DNA from: an uncultured bacterium
GTDB lineage: Bacteria > Zhuqueibacterota > QNDG01 > CAYUAG01
Assembly (NCBI GenBank): GCA_964515295.1
Contig: CAZETW010000005.1
Location: 2,826-66,825, forward strand
DNA length: 64,000 nucleotides
Direction: 5' to 3'
Under the pieces are notes generated by a model that saw only the letters and a program-made list of their open reading frames with translations, made no database searches and was not told the origin of the DNA. A program made the translations under genes and the position numbers. Within the stretch, counting starts at the first letter, position 1. The number at the start of each line of letters is the position of its first letter. This document shows, in pieces, positions 32,674 to 44,900 of the stretch.

Positions 32674-35319
32674 ATGAAAAGATTATGCCGGATATGTATA
32701 GTTTTTATTTATATGGTGATATATAGCAGCTGTTTTTCATTAAGTCCGGCTGATGAGGTTATTACAAGTCCTGAGAAGTTTTTTGATTTCAGGCCCGGAA
32801 CAGACAGACATTTGATTGATTATGAAGAACTTATCAGTTATTTTAATTATCTTGCTCAGAATTCTGCACGTTTAAAGCTTGTTGATATCGGAAAGTCCCC
32901 TCTGGGTAAAACAATGTACATTGCTTTTATTTCTTCAGAAACGAATATACAGAATCTGGAAGAATTAAAAGAGATCAATAAGCGATTAGCTCTTGATTCT
33001 AATATCCCCGACAAAGAAAGAGAAGCACTTATAGAAAAGGGAAAAGTATTTTTTCTGGCCACTTTATCTATGCATTCAGGTGAAGTCGGACCTTCACAGT
33101 CTGCTCCTTTAATTGCATATGAATGGATTAGCACCCATGATCCTGAGAAAATTACACTGCTTGATAATGTTGTATATATGATGGTACCCTGTCATAATCC
33201 GGATGGAATGGATATGGTAGTTCATCATTACAGAAAGTATAAGAATACAAAATACGAAGGTTGTTCTATGCCCGGATTATATCATAAATATGTGGGACAT
33301 GATAATAATCGTGATTTTGTAAGTCTTACACAAAAAGATAATCAAGCAATATCTCGTATATTCAGTACAGAGTGGTATCCTCAGGTTATGGTAGAAAAAC
33401 ATCAAATGGGTTCTACAGGGCCGCGGTATTTTGTTCCGCCTATGCATGATCCGATTGCAGAAAATGTACCTGCAGAAATATGGAACTGGGCAGGCATATT
33501 TGGTTCCAATATGATCCAGGAGATGACAAAAGAGGGTTTGTATGGTGTGGTACAGCATTATGCATTTGATGACTACTGGCCAGGTTCCACTGAGACATGT
33601 ATATGGAAGAATGTTATCGGAATGCTCACTGAGTGTGCAAGTGCACAATATGCTACTCCTATTTATGTTGAACCAAATGAACTGCGGGTAAGAGGAAAAG
33701 GTTTGGCTGAGTACAAAAAAAGTATTAATATGCCTGAACCCTGGCCCGGAGGTACCTGGGGATTAAGTGATATTATACAGTATGAAATCGTTTCGACCAG
33801 AGCTATTATACAGACAGCATCTATGCATCGTACAGAAATACTAAAAGTGAGAAATGATCTTTGTAAAAAAGAAGTTGAACGCGGCACACAAATCCCTCCG
33901 TATTATTATATTCTTCCCTTGGATCAGCATGACAGAAGCGAGATGGTTGCTTTGGTTAATTTATTGATAGAACATGGAGTCAAGGTGCATTCATTGTCGG
34001 AAGATAAAATGCTTAAAGACAGATTGTATAAAGAAGATGATATTGTTATCTCCCTGGCTCAGGCATTTCGACCCTTTATTAAAGAGGTAATGGAAAAACA
34101 AATTTTTCCGGAAAGACATTATACACCTGGTGGAAAGATGATCAGGCCATATGATATCACCAGCTGGTCACTTCCTCTTCACAGAGGTGTAACTGCATAT
34201 GAAGTGAAGAGCAGAGATAGACACTTAGAATCTATAATTACCTCGATTGTAGGGAAATTTGTCCTGGAAAAGGAAATACCAGATACTTATGAAGCAGTTG
34301 TTTGTAATGTTAATAATAATGAAAGCTTCAAAACTGCATTCAGAGCTGAGCAAAAGGGTTTAGATGTGTACAGAACTGATAATGATATGAAGCTGGAGAA
34401 TGACATTATACCAAAAGGAAGTTTCGTAATAAAAAAATCTAAAGGTAATAATAAAGTATTGAATGATATTGTCGAGACGTTAAGTGTTCCTCCGATTTAT
34501 GTTCAAGAGAATATGGATGTACAGCTCCATACATTAGATATTCCCAGAATAGCTTTGGTTGAGAGCTATTTTCATCATATGGATGCTGGCTGGACACGCT
34601 ACGTTTTCGATAGTTACTCCCTTCCTTATACAGTAATTCGGCCCGGGGATTTTAAGGATACTGATTTTTCCGGAAGATTTGATGTGGTAGTTTTCCCGGA
34701 TGAGAACAAATCGGTTCTTATGAAGGGTAAAAGTCAATATGGAGATAAAGAGTATTTAAGCAGTTATCCTCCGGAATTTACTGAAGGTATCGGTAAGGAA
34801 GGATTGGAAAAATTATTAATATTTTTAGATGATGGCGGATGTATACTGTCCTGGGGCAGGTCCGCTCATTTATTTCTCGGTATTCTTTCAATTAACCAGA
34901 AAAAGGATAAAAAAGAGGAGTTTCAGCTTCCTGTCCGGGATATCTCTGCAGAATTAAGCAAAGATGGTCTGCAATGTCCGGGTTCATTACTCAGGTTAAT
35001 ACTGAATAATAATCATCCCTTAACAATGGGGATGGAAAAAGAAGTTAATATTTTTTTTAGAGGCCGGCCTGTTTTTGAGACCTCAATTCCCCAGTGGGAT
35101 ATGGACAGAAGGGTAATAGGCAGATTTCCGGAAAGAGATATTCTGATCAGCGGATACTGTAAAAATGAAACGTTGTTGGCCAATAAAACAGCATTAGTCT
35201 GGCTGAAAAAAGGCAAAGGTCAACTTGTTCTATTTGGATTCAACCCTCAATTTCGAGGTTCCACTCAGGGCAGTTTTAAACTTCTTTTTAATGCAGTGCT
35301 GTTGCCCGGACTCAAATGA
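32674..35319 (+). CDS. M14-family metallocarboxypeptidase-like secreted protein (881 aa)
   Basis: Signal peptide, ...HSGEVGPSQ..., MVPCHNPDGMD..., HDNNRDF. Large C-terminal extension. Confidence 0.65.
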   Translation: MKRLCRICIVFIYMVIYSSCFSLSPADEVITSPEKFFDFRPGTDRHLIDYEELISYFNYLAQNSARLKLVDIGKSPLGKTMYIAFISSETNIQNLEELKEINKRLALDSNIPDKEREALIEKGKVFFLATLSMHSGEVGPSQSAPLIAYEWISTHDPEKITLLDNVVYMMVPCHNPDGMDMVVHHYRKYKNTKYEGCSMPGLYHKYVGHDNNRDFVSLTQKDNQAISRIFSTEWYPQVMVEKHQMGSTGPRYFVPPMHDPIAENVPAEIWNWAGIFGSNMIQEMTKEGLYGVVQHYAFDDYWPGSTETCIWKNVIGMLTECASAQYATPIYVEPNELRVRGKGLAEYKKSINMPEPWPGGTWGLSDIIQYEIVSTRAIIQTASMHRTEILKVRNDLCKKEVERGTQIPPYYYILPLDQHDRSEMVALVNLLIEHGVKVHSLSEDKMLKDRLYKEDDIVISLAQAFRPFIKEVMEKQIFPERHYTPGGKMIRPYDITSWSLPLHRGVTAYEVKSRDRHLESIITSIVGKFVLEKEIPDTYEAVVCNVNNNESFKTAFRAEQKGLDVYRTDNDMKLENDIIPKGSFVIKKSKGNNKVLNDIVETLSVPPIYVQENMDVQLHTLDIPRIALVESYFHHMDAGWTRYVFDSYSLPYTVIRPGDFKDTDFSGRFDVVVFPDENKSVLMKGKSQYGDKEYLSSYPPEFTEGIGKEGLEKLLIFLDDGGCILSWGRSAHLFLGILSINQKKDKKEEFQLPVRDISAELSKDGLQCPGSLLRLILNNNHPLTMGMEKEVNIFFRGRPVFETSIPQWDMDRRVIGRFPERDILISGYCKNETLLANKTALVWLKKGKGQLVLFGFNPQFRGSTQGSFKLLFNAVLLPGLK

Positions 35320-35367
35320 ATATGATAAAAATTTATATTCAAAGTTAATAATAAGAGGTATATTATT

Positions 35368-36573
35368 ATGAATTATGTAAAAGAGTTTATACTGGTTTTT
35401 TGTATTGTAATCGTATTAGTTGTTGTATCTGGCTGTACTCAGGAATCGATTCATGAAAGTGTATTAACGGTTGATACACATGTTGATACTCCTTTTATGT
35501 TTAGACGTGCTGATTGGAATATTGGAGAATACCATAGTCCTGATGTAAACAGAGTTGATTTTCCCCGTATGAAAGAGGGCGGACTGGATGCGATTTTTTT
35601 TGCAGTTTATATTGGTCAGGGACCAAGAACTTCTGAGGGCAATGAAAAAGCCAGGCAGCAAGCTTTGCAGCTTTTTGATCAAATCCGGAAAGCTGTTGCA
35701 GATCATCCTGAACAGGCAGAATTGGCCCTTACCCCTGCTGATGCGTATGAGATCGAGAAAAAAGGGAAAAGGGCTGTCTATATTGGTGTGGAAAATGGAT
35801 ATCCAATTGGGAAAGATATATCACATATAGAAAAATTTTATGATCTCGGAGCTCGATATATCACTTTATGTCATAGCAGGAATAATGATATTTGTGATTC
35901 CTCAACAGATACACCGGAGCATAATGGATTAAGTAAATTTGGAGAAAAAGTTGTTAAAGAAATGAACAGACTGGGGATAATGATAGATGTTTCTCATATT
36001 TCTGATGATTCATTTTATGATGTTATTGAAATTTCTCAGGCACCTGTAATTGCTTCACATTCATGTGCACGAGCTGTTTGTAACAGTCCCAGAAATTTTG
36101 ATGATGATATGCTAAAAAAATTAGCAGAAAATAATGGAGTAATTCAGGTGTGCATGGTTCCAGATTTTGTGAAGGAAATGGAGTCTAACCCACTGCGAAG
36201 AGAAGCTATAAATAAATTAAGAGAGAAGTATAGTAATTTTTCTGAATTATCCAAAGAAGTACGGGAAAAAGCTCGCCAGGAATGGAGCAAAATTAATAAG
36301 GAATATCCGCCCAATCTTCCTACCATAGATGATTTTGTTGATCATATAGATCATATTGTAAAGGTTATAGGTGCTGATCATGTAGGTATTGGAAGTGATT
36401 TTGATGGCGGTGGACAATTGAAAGATTGTCAGGATGTGAGTGATTATGGTAAAATCACTCAGAAACTTCTTGAACGAAATTATTCTAAAAAAGAGATTGA
36501 GAAAATATGGGGTGGAAATTTCATGCGGGTTTTCAGGGATGTAATAGCTGTCTCTGAACAAATTAAAGATTAA
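35368..36573 (+). CDS. Membrane dipeptidase (peptidase family M19)
   Basis: VDTHVDTP, GGLDAIFFAVY, ITLCHSRNNDICDS, IDVSHISD, IASHSCARA and GIGSDFDGGG motifs. Confidence 0.85.
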   Translation: MNYVKEFILVFCIVIVLVVVSGCTQESIHESVLTVDTHVDTPFMFRRADWNIGEYHSPDVNRVDFPRMKEGGLDAIFFAVYIGQGPRTSEGNEKARQQALQLFDQIRKAVADHPEQAELALTPADAYEIEKKGKRAVYIGVENGYPIGKDISHIEKFYDLGARYITLCHSRNNDICDSSTDTPEHNGLSKFGEKVVKEMNRLGIMIDVSHISDDSFYDVIEISQAPVIASHSCARAVCNSPRNFDDDMLKKLAENNGVIQVCMVPDFVKEMESNPLRREAINKLREKYSNFSELSKEVREKARQEWSKINKEYPPNLPTIDDFVDHIDHIVKVIGADHVGIGSDFDGGGQLKDCQDVSDYGKITQKLLERNYSKKEIEKIWGGNFMRVFRDVIAVSEQIKD

Positions 36574-36585
36574 TAAAATATTCTT

Positions 36586-36609
36586 AACTAAGATAAAATC
36601 ATCTTAGTT
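36586..36609 (+). terminator. Candidate intrinsic terminator after the dipeptidase gene
   Basis: AACTAAGAT-aaaatc-ATCTTAGTT, a 9-bp perfect stem 13 nt after the stop. The T-tract is weak (TTT only). Confidence 0.4.
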
Positions 36610-36787
36610 TATGAGTGGTGTATTACAAACCAACTTATTTAATTTCGTGCTAAGTCATGCAATTTGAAAAGATTATATAAGTTCTTTAAAAATAATTAAA
36701 TAGGTTAATTATTCGGTTTCCGTAATAATTCAGGCATGAAAATTGCTTGATTAGGATTTGATAAAAAATAGATATTTGATTTTTCTA

Positions 36788-37504
36788 ATGAATGTAATGC
36801 TTATGTTTATCAATAAAATTAGGTCAAATAAATTACTGATTATATCATTTTTAGTCTTTCTTTTTATGGGGATGAATGCTTATTCAGCAAATATCACCTT
36901 AGCTGTATTAGATTTTGAGAATAATAGTATATTCAATGCTGACAACTATGATCCTTTAAAGGCTGGTATTGCTGAAATGATGATCTCTGAATTAAGTACA
37001 ATTGATTTAATAACTATAGTTGAGCGTAAAAGGTTGCACACAATTCTTGATGAGTTAAAGATGTCTCAATCTGGTTTGACCACTAATCACTCAATAAAAG
37101 CCGGAAAACTAGTCGGTGCAGATTATTTAGTTTTTGGCAGTTTTATTGTTACAATGAAAGATAAAGTCCGAATAGATACGAGGGTGGTGGAGGTTGAAAC
37201 TGGTTTAACTGTAAAAGCCGAAGAAGTTACAGGAAAAACCAAAAAAATTCTGATAATGATTCAAAAGCTGGGCGAGAAGATATTACAAGGTATAGATAAA
37301 AAACTGTTAGAAAATGAAAAGACTACCTTTATAAAAGGACAAAAATTAGATATTGATGCAGTAATCTGGTTTTCGAAAGGTGTTGCGTACCGGGATATGA
37401 ATAAATATGACGAAGCAAAAGAATGTTTTACACAAGCACTGAAGATTGAACCTGAATATAAACAGGCGAAAAACGAATTAAAGCTTTTATATAATATGGA
37501 ATAA
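36788..37504 (+). CDS. CsgG/LpoB-like periplasmic domain protein with C-terminal TPR
   Basis: Signal peptide. ITLAVLDFENNS...AGIAEMMISELS...IVERKRLHTILDELKMSQSGLT...AGKLVGADYLVFGSF...IDTRVVEVETG is the CsgG-like (COG1462-type) pattern. TPR lies at the C-terminus. Start uncertain (TTG 36758 or ATG 36788). Confidence 0.5.
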   Translation: MNVMLMFINKIRSNKLLIISFLVFLFMGMNAYSANITLAVLDFENNSIFNADNYDPLKAGIAEMMISELSTIDLITIVERKRLHTILDELKMSQSGLTTNHSIKAGKLVGADYLVFGSFIVTMKDKVRIDTRVVEVETGLTVKAEEVTGKTKKILIMIQKLGEKILQGIDKKLLENEKTTFIKGQKLDIDAVIWFSKGVAYRDMNKYDEAKECFTQALKIEPEYKQAKNELKLLYNME

Positions 37505-37518
37505 TTAGGGAGGTATAA

Positions 37519-38886
37519 GTGAGGGCATTAAAAATTTCAGTGGTATTGTTCTCCCTTTTATTAATAAGCTGTGCTACTTCAAGGTTTCAAGAGGCTGAAC
37601 AATTAGTACAAAACAAAGAATACAGACAAGCTCTTCGTGAATATATTACAATGCTGCAACCTCATGTTCGGGATGGGAAAAGATATATTTATTATGATGA
37701 AGAGATTTACACCAGAATTGGTTCTTTATTCTGGTATATGGGAAGTTATGAATCAGCATCTAAAATATTAAGATTGGTGTTAAATAAAAGCCCTGATTAC
37801 GGAAAGGCTCTATTTTATTTAGGGTTGGTTAGCGAGAGTATGGATAATAATGAAAGAGCGCTGGAAATATATAAAAATTATTATAAATTAGATAAAAGTG
37901 ATTATTATAGATCTGCACTGTTAAGCAGAATGGATTTTATTGTAAAGCAGATTATGACTGTAGAAATTCAGGAGGCAATGAGAAGAGAGGAAAGTATTTC
38001 AATAGAAAATATCCCCGAGAAGAGCTTAGCAGTTTTATATTTTTTGAATTTAAGTAACAATCCGGAATGGCAGCCATTACAAAAAGGACTGGCTGACATG
38101 ATCATCACTGATCTTTCTCAGATTGAGCAATTGAAAGTGGTTGAAAGAATACGATTAAATTACCTTATGGATGAATTACGGATGGGGGTTTCTGGTATAG
38201 CTGAAGAAGAAAATTTTACAAGAGTGGGAAAACTGCTCGGCATCAGAAATTTAATAAACGGCTCGTATATGATTACTCCAACTGATGAGGTGATACTTGA
38301 GGCCAATGTTTTCAAGCTTTCCACTGATTTAATGCCTCAGACTGCAAGTTATGAAGGCAATCTTGCCGAACTTTTTAGACTGGAAAAAGAACTGGTTTTA
38401 AAAATCATTAACTATTTCGGAATCAGATTAACTCCTGAAAAAAGGAGTGAGATTTTTGAAATACCAACTCAGGATATGGAAGCTTTTATAAATTATTGTA
38501 TGGGTCTTGAAGCTATGGATAAAGGAGATATGGTGAATGCTCAGAAATATTTTCAAAAGGCTTTATATATCGATAAAAATTTTCAGGAGGCAAAAGATAA
38601 GTTGATATCACCTCGTATCTGGGAAGCAACTCACAGTGAAAACAGAATAAGAGTTGCTAGTGAGGTTGATAATTATGCAGAAGAAATGGCAAAAAGAGGA
38701 AGAGAAGAGCTTTATATTCAACCTAGAATGGTCAATGCTATGAATAGATTGCGGTGGATGGCAGGAAAACAAAATGCTGAATTCATACCAGATGAAGAGT
38801 TTCGGCGTTCATTTGTAGAAGCAGAGCGGGTTTTATCGTTATTACCTGAACGCTTAGATACACCGCCTCAGCCACCTGGCAGTTAA
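37519..38886 (+). CDS. TPR plus CsgG/LpoB-like domain lipoprotein (paralogue of the preceding gene)
   Basis: Lipobox LLISC, N- and C-terminal TPRs, and a central LAVLYFLNLSNNPEWQPLQKGLADMIITDLSQIEQLKVVERIRLNYLMDELRMGVSG...VGKLLGIRNLINGSY. Confidence 0.5.
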   Translation: MRALKISVVLFSLLLISCATSRFQEAEQLVQNKEYRQALREYITMLQPHVRDGKRYIYYDEEIYTRIGSLFWYMGSYESASKILRLVLNKSPDYGKALFYLGLVSESMDNNERALEIYKNYYKLDKSDYYRSALLSRMDFIVKQIMTVEIQEAMRREESISIENIPEKSLAVLYFLNLSNNPEWQPLQKGLADMIITDLSQIEQLKVVERIRLNYLMDELRMGVSGIAEEENFTRVGKLLGIRNLINGSYMITPTDEVILEANVFKLSTDLMPQTASYEGNLAELFRLEKELVLKIINYFGIRLTPEKRSEIFEIPTQDMEAFINYCMGLEAMDKGDMVNAQKYFQKALYIDKNFQEAKDKLISPRIWEATHSENRIRVASEVDNYAEEMAKRGREELYIQPRMVNAMNRLRWMAGKQNAEFIPDEEFRRSFVEAERVLSLLPERLDTPPQPPGS

Positions 38887-38911
38887 AAAAAAATAAGTTA
38901 GGAGAAAATAT

Positions 38912-41900
38912 ATGCGGTATTCTCGTATATTTTTATTTATTATAATATTATTATCATTATCTTCTGTATTTGGTCAAAGCTCTGACAATGCAGAACTGAT
39001 CGGCAGATGGGGGCATGGACATAGTAAAGCAATTGCCCGCTGGCAGGATACATTTACATTTATTGGAAATGGAAGTATCTTGGAAGTGTATGGATATGAT
39101 GTCGGAAGTTCTGATCTTGAAAAGCTGGATCAGATTCTCCTGGCTGGAGAAATAGTTGATATTGCAGTTCATGATGTCACACCCACTGATGAACAGATAA
39201 ATGTTTGTGTAGCTTTAGGTGATACTGGTTTTCAGATGGTCTTTTTTTATAATCAAGGACTGTATAGGGGTACATTTGATGTCAGTACATATATAAAAAG
39301 TACAGAAGGCAAAGCTCTTGGTGTATCCTGGGATACAGAGGATTATATTTTTATTGCAGATGGTAATAATGGATTAGTAGTATGTAATGCTCAGGAAGTA
39401 TCCAATCCTAGTTTTATAGAAAATATCAAAACTGCAGGTTATGCAAGAGATGTTTGTGTAGTGAATGACAGTTCAGTAGTAGTAGCTGTAGATACTTCTG
39501 GTGTACAGTCAATTAGTATCGAAAGAAATGCTCAGAATAAGATTATAACTTTACAGAGTGCTGATACACTTAAGATCCCGCCTTATTTTCCTTCTCTATT
39601 ATATCCTGATAAATCCCAGCCTGCAGCCTATGAAATATTTACTGTTGATAATTATACCTATGTTTCTGCTGGATGGGGGGGGCTGAGAATGATTGATGCA
39701 ACTGCACCCCATAATTTGAGCAGTATAGGATATTGGGTTAATTCTGGGCCGGTTGATGTACTAAGTGCCAGTATATGTAATGACTATGTTTATATTTTAG
39801 GTATTGATGCAGAAGGCGATCCGGGATTGTATACACATATTGATAAATCTTCAGGTGTGCTCAGTCCGGATAGTTCCTATGTTTACAGATATAATAATAT
39901 AGAAAAGTTAGAAAAAATTATTGTTGCAAATGATACAGCGTTTGTATGTGATGGTTATGGGGGATTTAAGGTCCTCGAATTATTTGATAGGAATTCCATT
40001 CCTATCTATCCTGCTGAACTTTATTATTTTAAAACCTCTGATTATACTTACGATGCTGTGATCTCAGGTAATTATTGTTTTACTGCTTCCGGAAGGTCAG
40101 GTATTAAGATATTTGATACAAATTTTGCTCCTCCGGATGAATATATGGAACCTATTGATAGTTTAAATACTCCCGGAGAAGTATTTGGTATTTGTTTTCA
40201 TAATAACAAACTTTATTTGGCCGATGGTACAAAAGGTTTATCTATAATTAATTTTAGTAATTTTCCGTATAATCCTTATATTTGGTCAACGCCCCAATTA
40301 TCAAATCCAACTGATTCCAGCTATGATGTAGATGTTAGTTCAGACGGGTATGCATTTCTGGCATGTGGCAGGGATGGATTCAGAGTTGTTGATGTCAGAT
40401 ACCAACCCTCGGAATTAACCTCTATAGGAAGCCCTTTTAACACTTTTAATAATGTTAAGGCTGTAAAAGTTACAGATGACAGACTCATTGTTGCTGATAC
40501 AGCAGGAGTATATGTTTATGATATTTCTGGTCTCCCGAACAACATAACCAGAACCCATACACTTGAAACTCCTGCTGAAGAACTAGAACCCCTAGGAGTT
40601 GATGCAATTGGTGACAGTCTGTTTATAGCTAATGGCAGGCATGGTTTATATTTCTGGAATCTTTCAGATGATTCTTTTTCAAAATTTGCAGCTACAACAG
40701 GTAAATGTACAGACATTATAATCAATAAAAAAACTATATATATCAGTGATGCTGATAAAGGTCTTAGAGTGTTTGATCTTTCTCTTCCTGATACCTTACT
40801 GAAAACAGGTACATACTGGACTAATGGAACAGCTAACAGGATTGATATTTCTGGTACTAATTTATCGATTGCAGATAAAGAAGATGGTTTATATATTGTT
40901 GAAAGTTTAGTACAACCTGAGATTTCCCTTTCTTCAACAGATATTGAATTTGGCACTGTACCAGTCAGTGAAACCAGGACCAGATTATTATGGATAAAAA
41001 ATACCGGAACTACGTTATTAAAAGGGAACATTAGTATTTCCGGAGATGATTCACTTTTTGTTTTTTCTCCATCTGAGTTTAAAGTGCCTCCGGGTTTAAC
41101 TGAGAAAATTTCCATAAAATTTATACCAAGTGAGCAGTTAACTCTGGGGCAACAATACAGTAAAGTTGTAAGAGTGATTTCTAATGATCCTGTGGATGAA
41201 GAAATTGAACTCACCTTTTCTTTTGAGAGGGGTTTTCCTATTGCTAAAACAGCATATCAGTCGGATGTTTTTACAGTCGGATTATGGCATTTTAATGAAC
41301 AAAGCGGAGGTATTGCTTTTGATAGTTCGCCAAATCTTTTAAACGGAACCTGGGTGAATATTAATTCAACAGGAAATGGTAAATTTGCCAGAAGTTATCA
41401 ATTTGGGGGGAAAAATAATCCGGCTCATGTTGAATTTCCCTATCATAAAGATTTGAACTTTAAAGAGCATGAATTTACAGTAGAACTTTGGTTTAATATG
41501 ATCTCTATTCCAAAGGATTATGCCATGTTAGCATGCCGTGGTAATCATCCTAACAGGCAATTTGAGTTATTCTTGGATCCGGAAAATGGTATTGTGGGTA
41601 GAGTGTACCACACTTCTTCTGATGATAATGAGGTCGCTACCGGATCTCTGGATCAACTTTCTGTATATCAATGGTACCATGTTGCTTTGACCTGGGATCG
41701 TGATTCACTTAAAATATATTTGAATAGTATACAAAAAGACAGTAAGTATGTACGTCAGGGACTCATCGATCAAAATGTTGCTCCCTTGTCAGTAGGTGCA
41801 GCCACCACCCAGTCAGCACCTTTTGAAGGTTTAATTGATGAAGTGAGAGTATCCTCAGTAGATCGTCGGCCCTGGGAGTTTAATGTCAGCAGAGCAAATT

Positions 41901-44900
41901 TAAATATTAAGGAAGATACATTATTTTTTGATAAAGTATTAACTGAGAGAAAACGAAGGATCCCCCTATATATCAGTAACAGAGGAGGTGAAGTGCTTGA
42001 AATATCCAATATCTCATCTCCTTCCTCTCAGGTCAGTTTTTATCCTCAGATTTCAGAATCTTCACCTATGCTGGTTGAAGCTGGCACAAACAGTGTTATC
42101 TGGGTAAGCTACACTGCCCAGGGATATGGCAATTTTAGTTCTAACATTACTATAGAATCCAATGATCCCACCTTTCCGGAAACAAGTGTTCCGTTTCAGG
42201 GAACCACTGTGGTGTCACCTCAGTTAGGCAAATATAAAACAGATAACTTTACTCTGGGGTTATGGCATTTTAATTATCCTTCAGGTCCTACTGGTAAAAT
42301 GGTAATACCGGATTCATCCGGACATGGAATGGACGGTATCTGGAATGGACTGCAGCCGGGAACTGCTGTAGCCCGGTTTGACAAAGCTATTTATCTGGAT
42401 GGAAATGATGATTTCTGTGTTATGGATACTGTCGGAGGACATATATTATATGACAGATGGGGAGGATTTACAGTTGAAGGATGGTTTTATCTTGATCCAA
42501 TTACAGTAGGCAAACAATATTTAATTAGAAGAGGATTCGCTGATGCCCAACAGTTCAATTTGTTTATTAATGAAGATGATCAGGTGGTTGGCAATATTTA
42601 TAATAAAAATAAACAAAAATTTGAAGTTGTAAGCAACAAAACACTGGAAAGTGAAAAGTGGTATCATCTGGCTTTGGTTTTATATAGTGATTCTCTATTA
42701 AATCTTTATATTGATGGTAGTGTGAATAACAGTATTGCTGTAAACGGAGAGTTGAACTCCAAAACTAATCCCATTGACACTCTCTCAGTTCTTATCGGAG
42801 GAAACTGGAAAAGTAATGATTGTTTTCATGGTTATATTGATGAAGTACGGTTGTCCTCTGTCCCCAGATTACCCTGGGAATTCAGTGTACGGAGTGCCAG
42901 TATTGTGGTGAGTACTAAAGAAGTTGATTTTGGTCAAGTAATTGCCGGGGCCAAGCGTACTCTGCAATACTGGATCAGTAACGGGAGTATGGAAGATACA
43001 CTTAAAATCTGGCCTGTTAATATTGAAAGCCTTGAATATTTCACTGTTCCTTCAGAAACTTTGAAAGTCGCTCCCTATGAAGAAGAAAGTGAAATACAAA
43101 GTGAAGCTTTGACTATTCATTTTACTCCTTCTGAATCGGGAAGCTTTACTGAAGAACTTTCTTTTGTTTCAAATGATCCAAACTATTTAAATGAGAATTT
43201 TAAAATTACTCTCGAGGGAGAGGGATTTATAACTAGATTAACCAATTTTTATGGATCGGATGTATTTACAGGAGCATTATACCATTTTGAAGAAGGCACA
43301 GGAGAACAATCAGTAGATTCTTCCGGCTATGGGGGGACCGCGGAATTGGATAATATTACCTGGACCGAGTCCGGCCGGTTTGGGAGAGCTATAAGAATGT
43401 CAAGTTTGAACAGTGAGGTACGAATAACAGGAGTTCCTTATCAGCATGTGAAAAATTCAACATTTACCACTGAGTTCTGGTTTAACATGAATTCAATATC
43501 AACAAATAATTATAATACATTAATGGAAATTGGTGATGGAGATATTAATTCAGTAGAAATACTCTATCATTGGCTTCATGGTCTAGTAGCTAAAGTGTAT
43601 GATTCAAATGGTGTTTTAACTCAGTTACAAACTGACAATTTAAACTTTTTTGTTACTCAGAAATGGTATCATAGTGCATTGGTCTGTGATGGTGATTCGT
43701 TATGGCTATACCTTAATAACAGGTGTATGGACAGTAAAAGTTTAAATAATCAGATAGATTTTACCGGGGCAGGATCTATTTATATTGGCAGGGAGGAACA
43801 AGGTGCAACAAGCTACTTTAACGGAATCATTGATGAGATCAGGTTTTCAAATATTAACAGGCAGACATGGGAATTTAATGTATTTCCACGAGAATTAGTT
43901 GTTGTTCCTCAGCAAATACAATTTCCTCCTGTAAGATCAGGTAATTCTAAAAGTTTAAATCTATGGATTGCCAATGAGGGAGATGAATTTTTAAATACTA
44001 CTGTGATCACCGGAGTTGAACAGGAATTTACCTTACCTAATTCAATGTCACAAAATAGTAGTTTCGATACAACCTTATTGGGGAAAAGTTATATAACAAT
44101 TCCTGTTATTTATACTCCAGTTGCAGAAGAAATAGTTGATAACTGGACAATTACCAGTAATGATCCTCAGAATGAAGCAATAGACATTACTATCAGCGGC
44201 ACCAGTTCGAGTTCTTTACGTGTAACCCCTTATATCGCTGATGCCCATACTGTAGCTTTATATCATTTAAACAGAGTTGTACAAAATAATATTGTTGAGG
44301 ATAATTCCATTAATAAAAATAATGGTGCATTAATTAACGGTACTATTGGGGAAGGATATTTTAATTACGGAATTTTATTTGACGGTAGAGCGAGCAGAAT
44401 TGAGGTGCCATATAATGAAACACTTGCCTTTGATTTTAATAAAGACAATTTTACAATTGAGTGTTTCTTTAAGACCGATACAGTATCTCAGACCTTAATT
44501 TCCAGAGGGATAGAAACTGGAAACAGTGATATAAATTATTGGATTTATATTAACAGAAAAGGCAGAATCACAGTAAACGGATTAGGATCATTTGGTCCAA
44601 ATATAAGTGACAATGCCTGGCATCATGTTGCTGTTTCTTATAATCGTTTTACAGAAGAGGGAAGTGTATTTATCGATGGTGAATTAATCGAAGAAACTGA
44701 ATGGGATGAAACTCCTGAGATTTTAGATCAAAGGCCGCTCATTATAGGAGCTTATGAGCAGAGTGTTGGAAGTTATTCAGATTATTTTCATGGATATATT
44801 GATGAAGTTAGAATTTCAAATACACCGAGAACAAAACTGGAATTTGCTATGGGTGATTTTAGTGAAGAATTTGATATTCGCATTGCAGACACTAACCCCA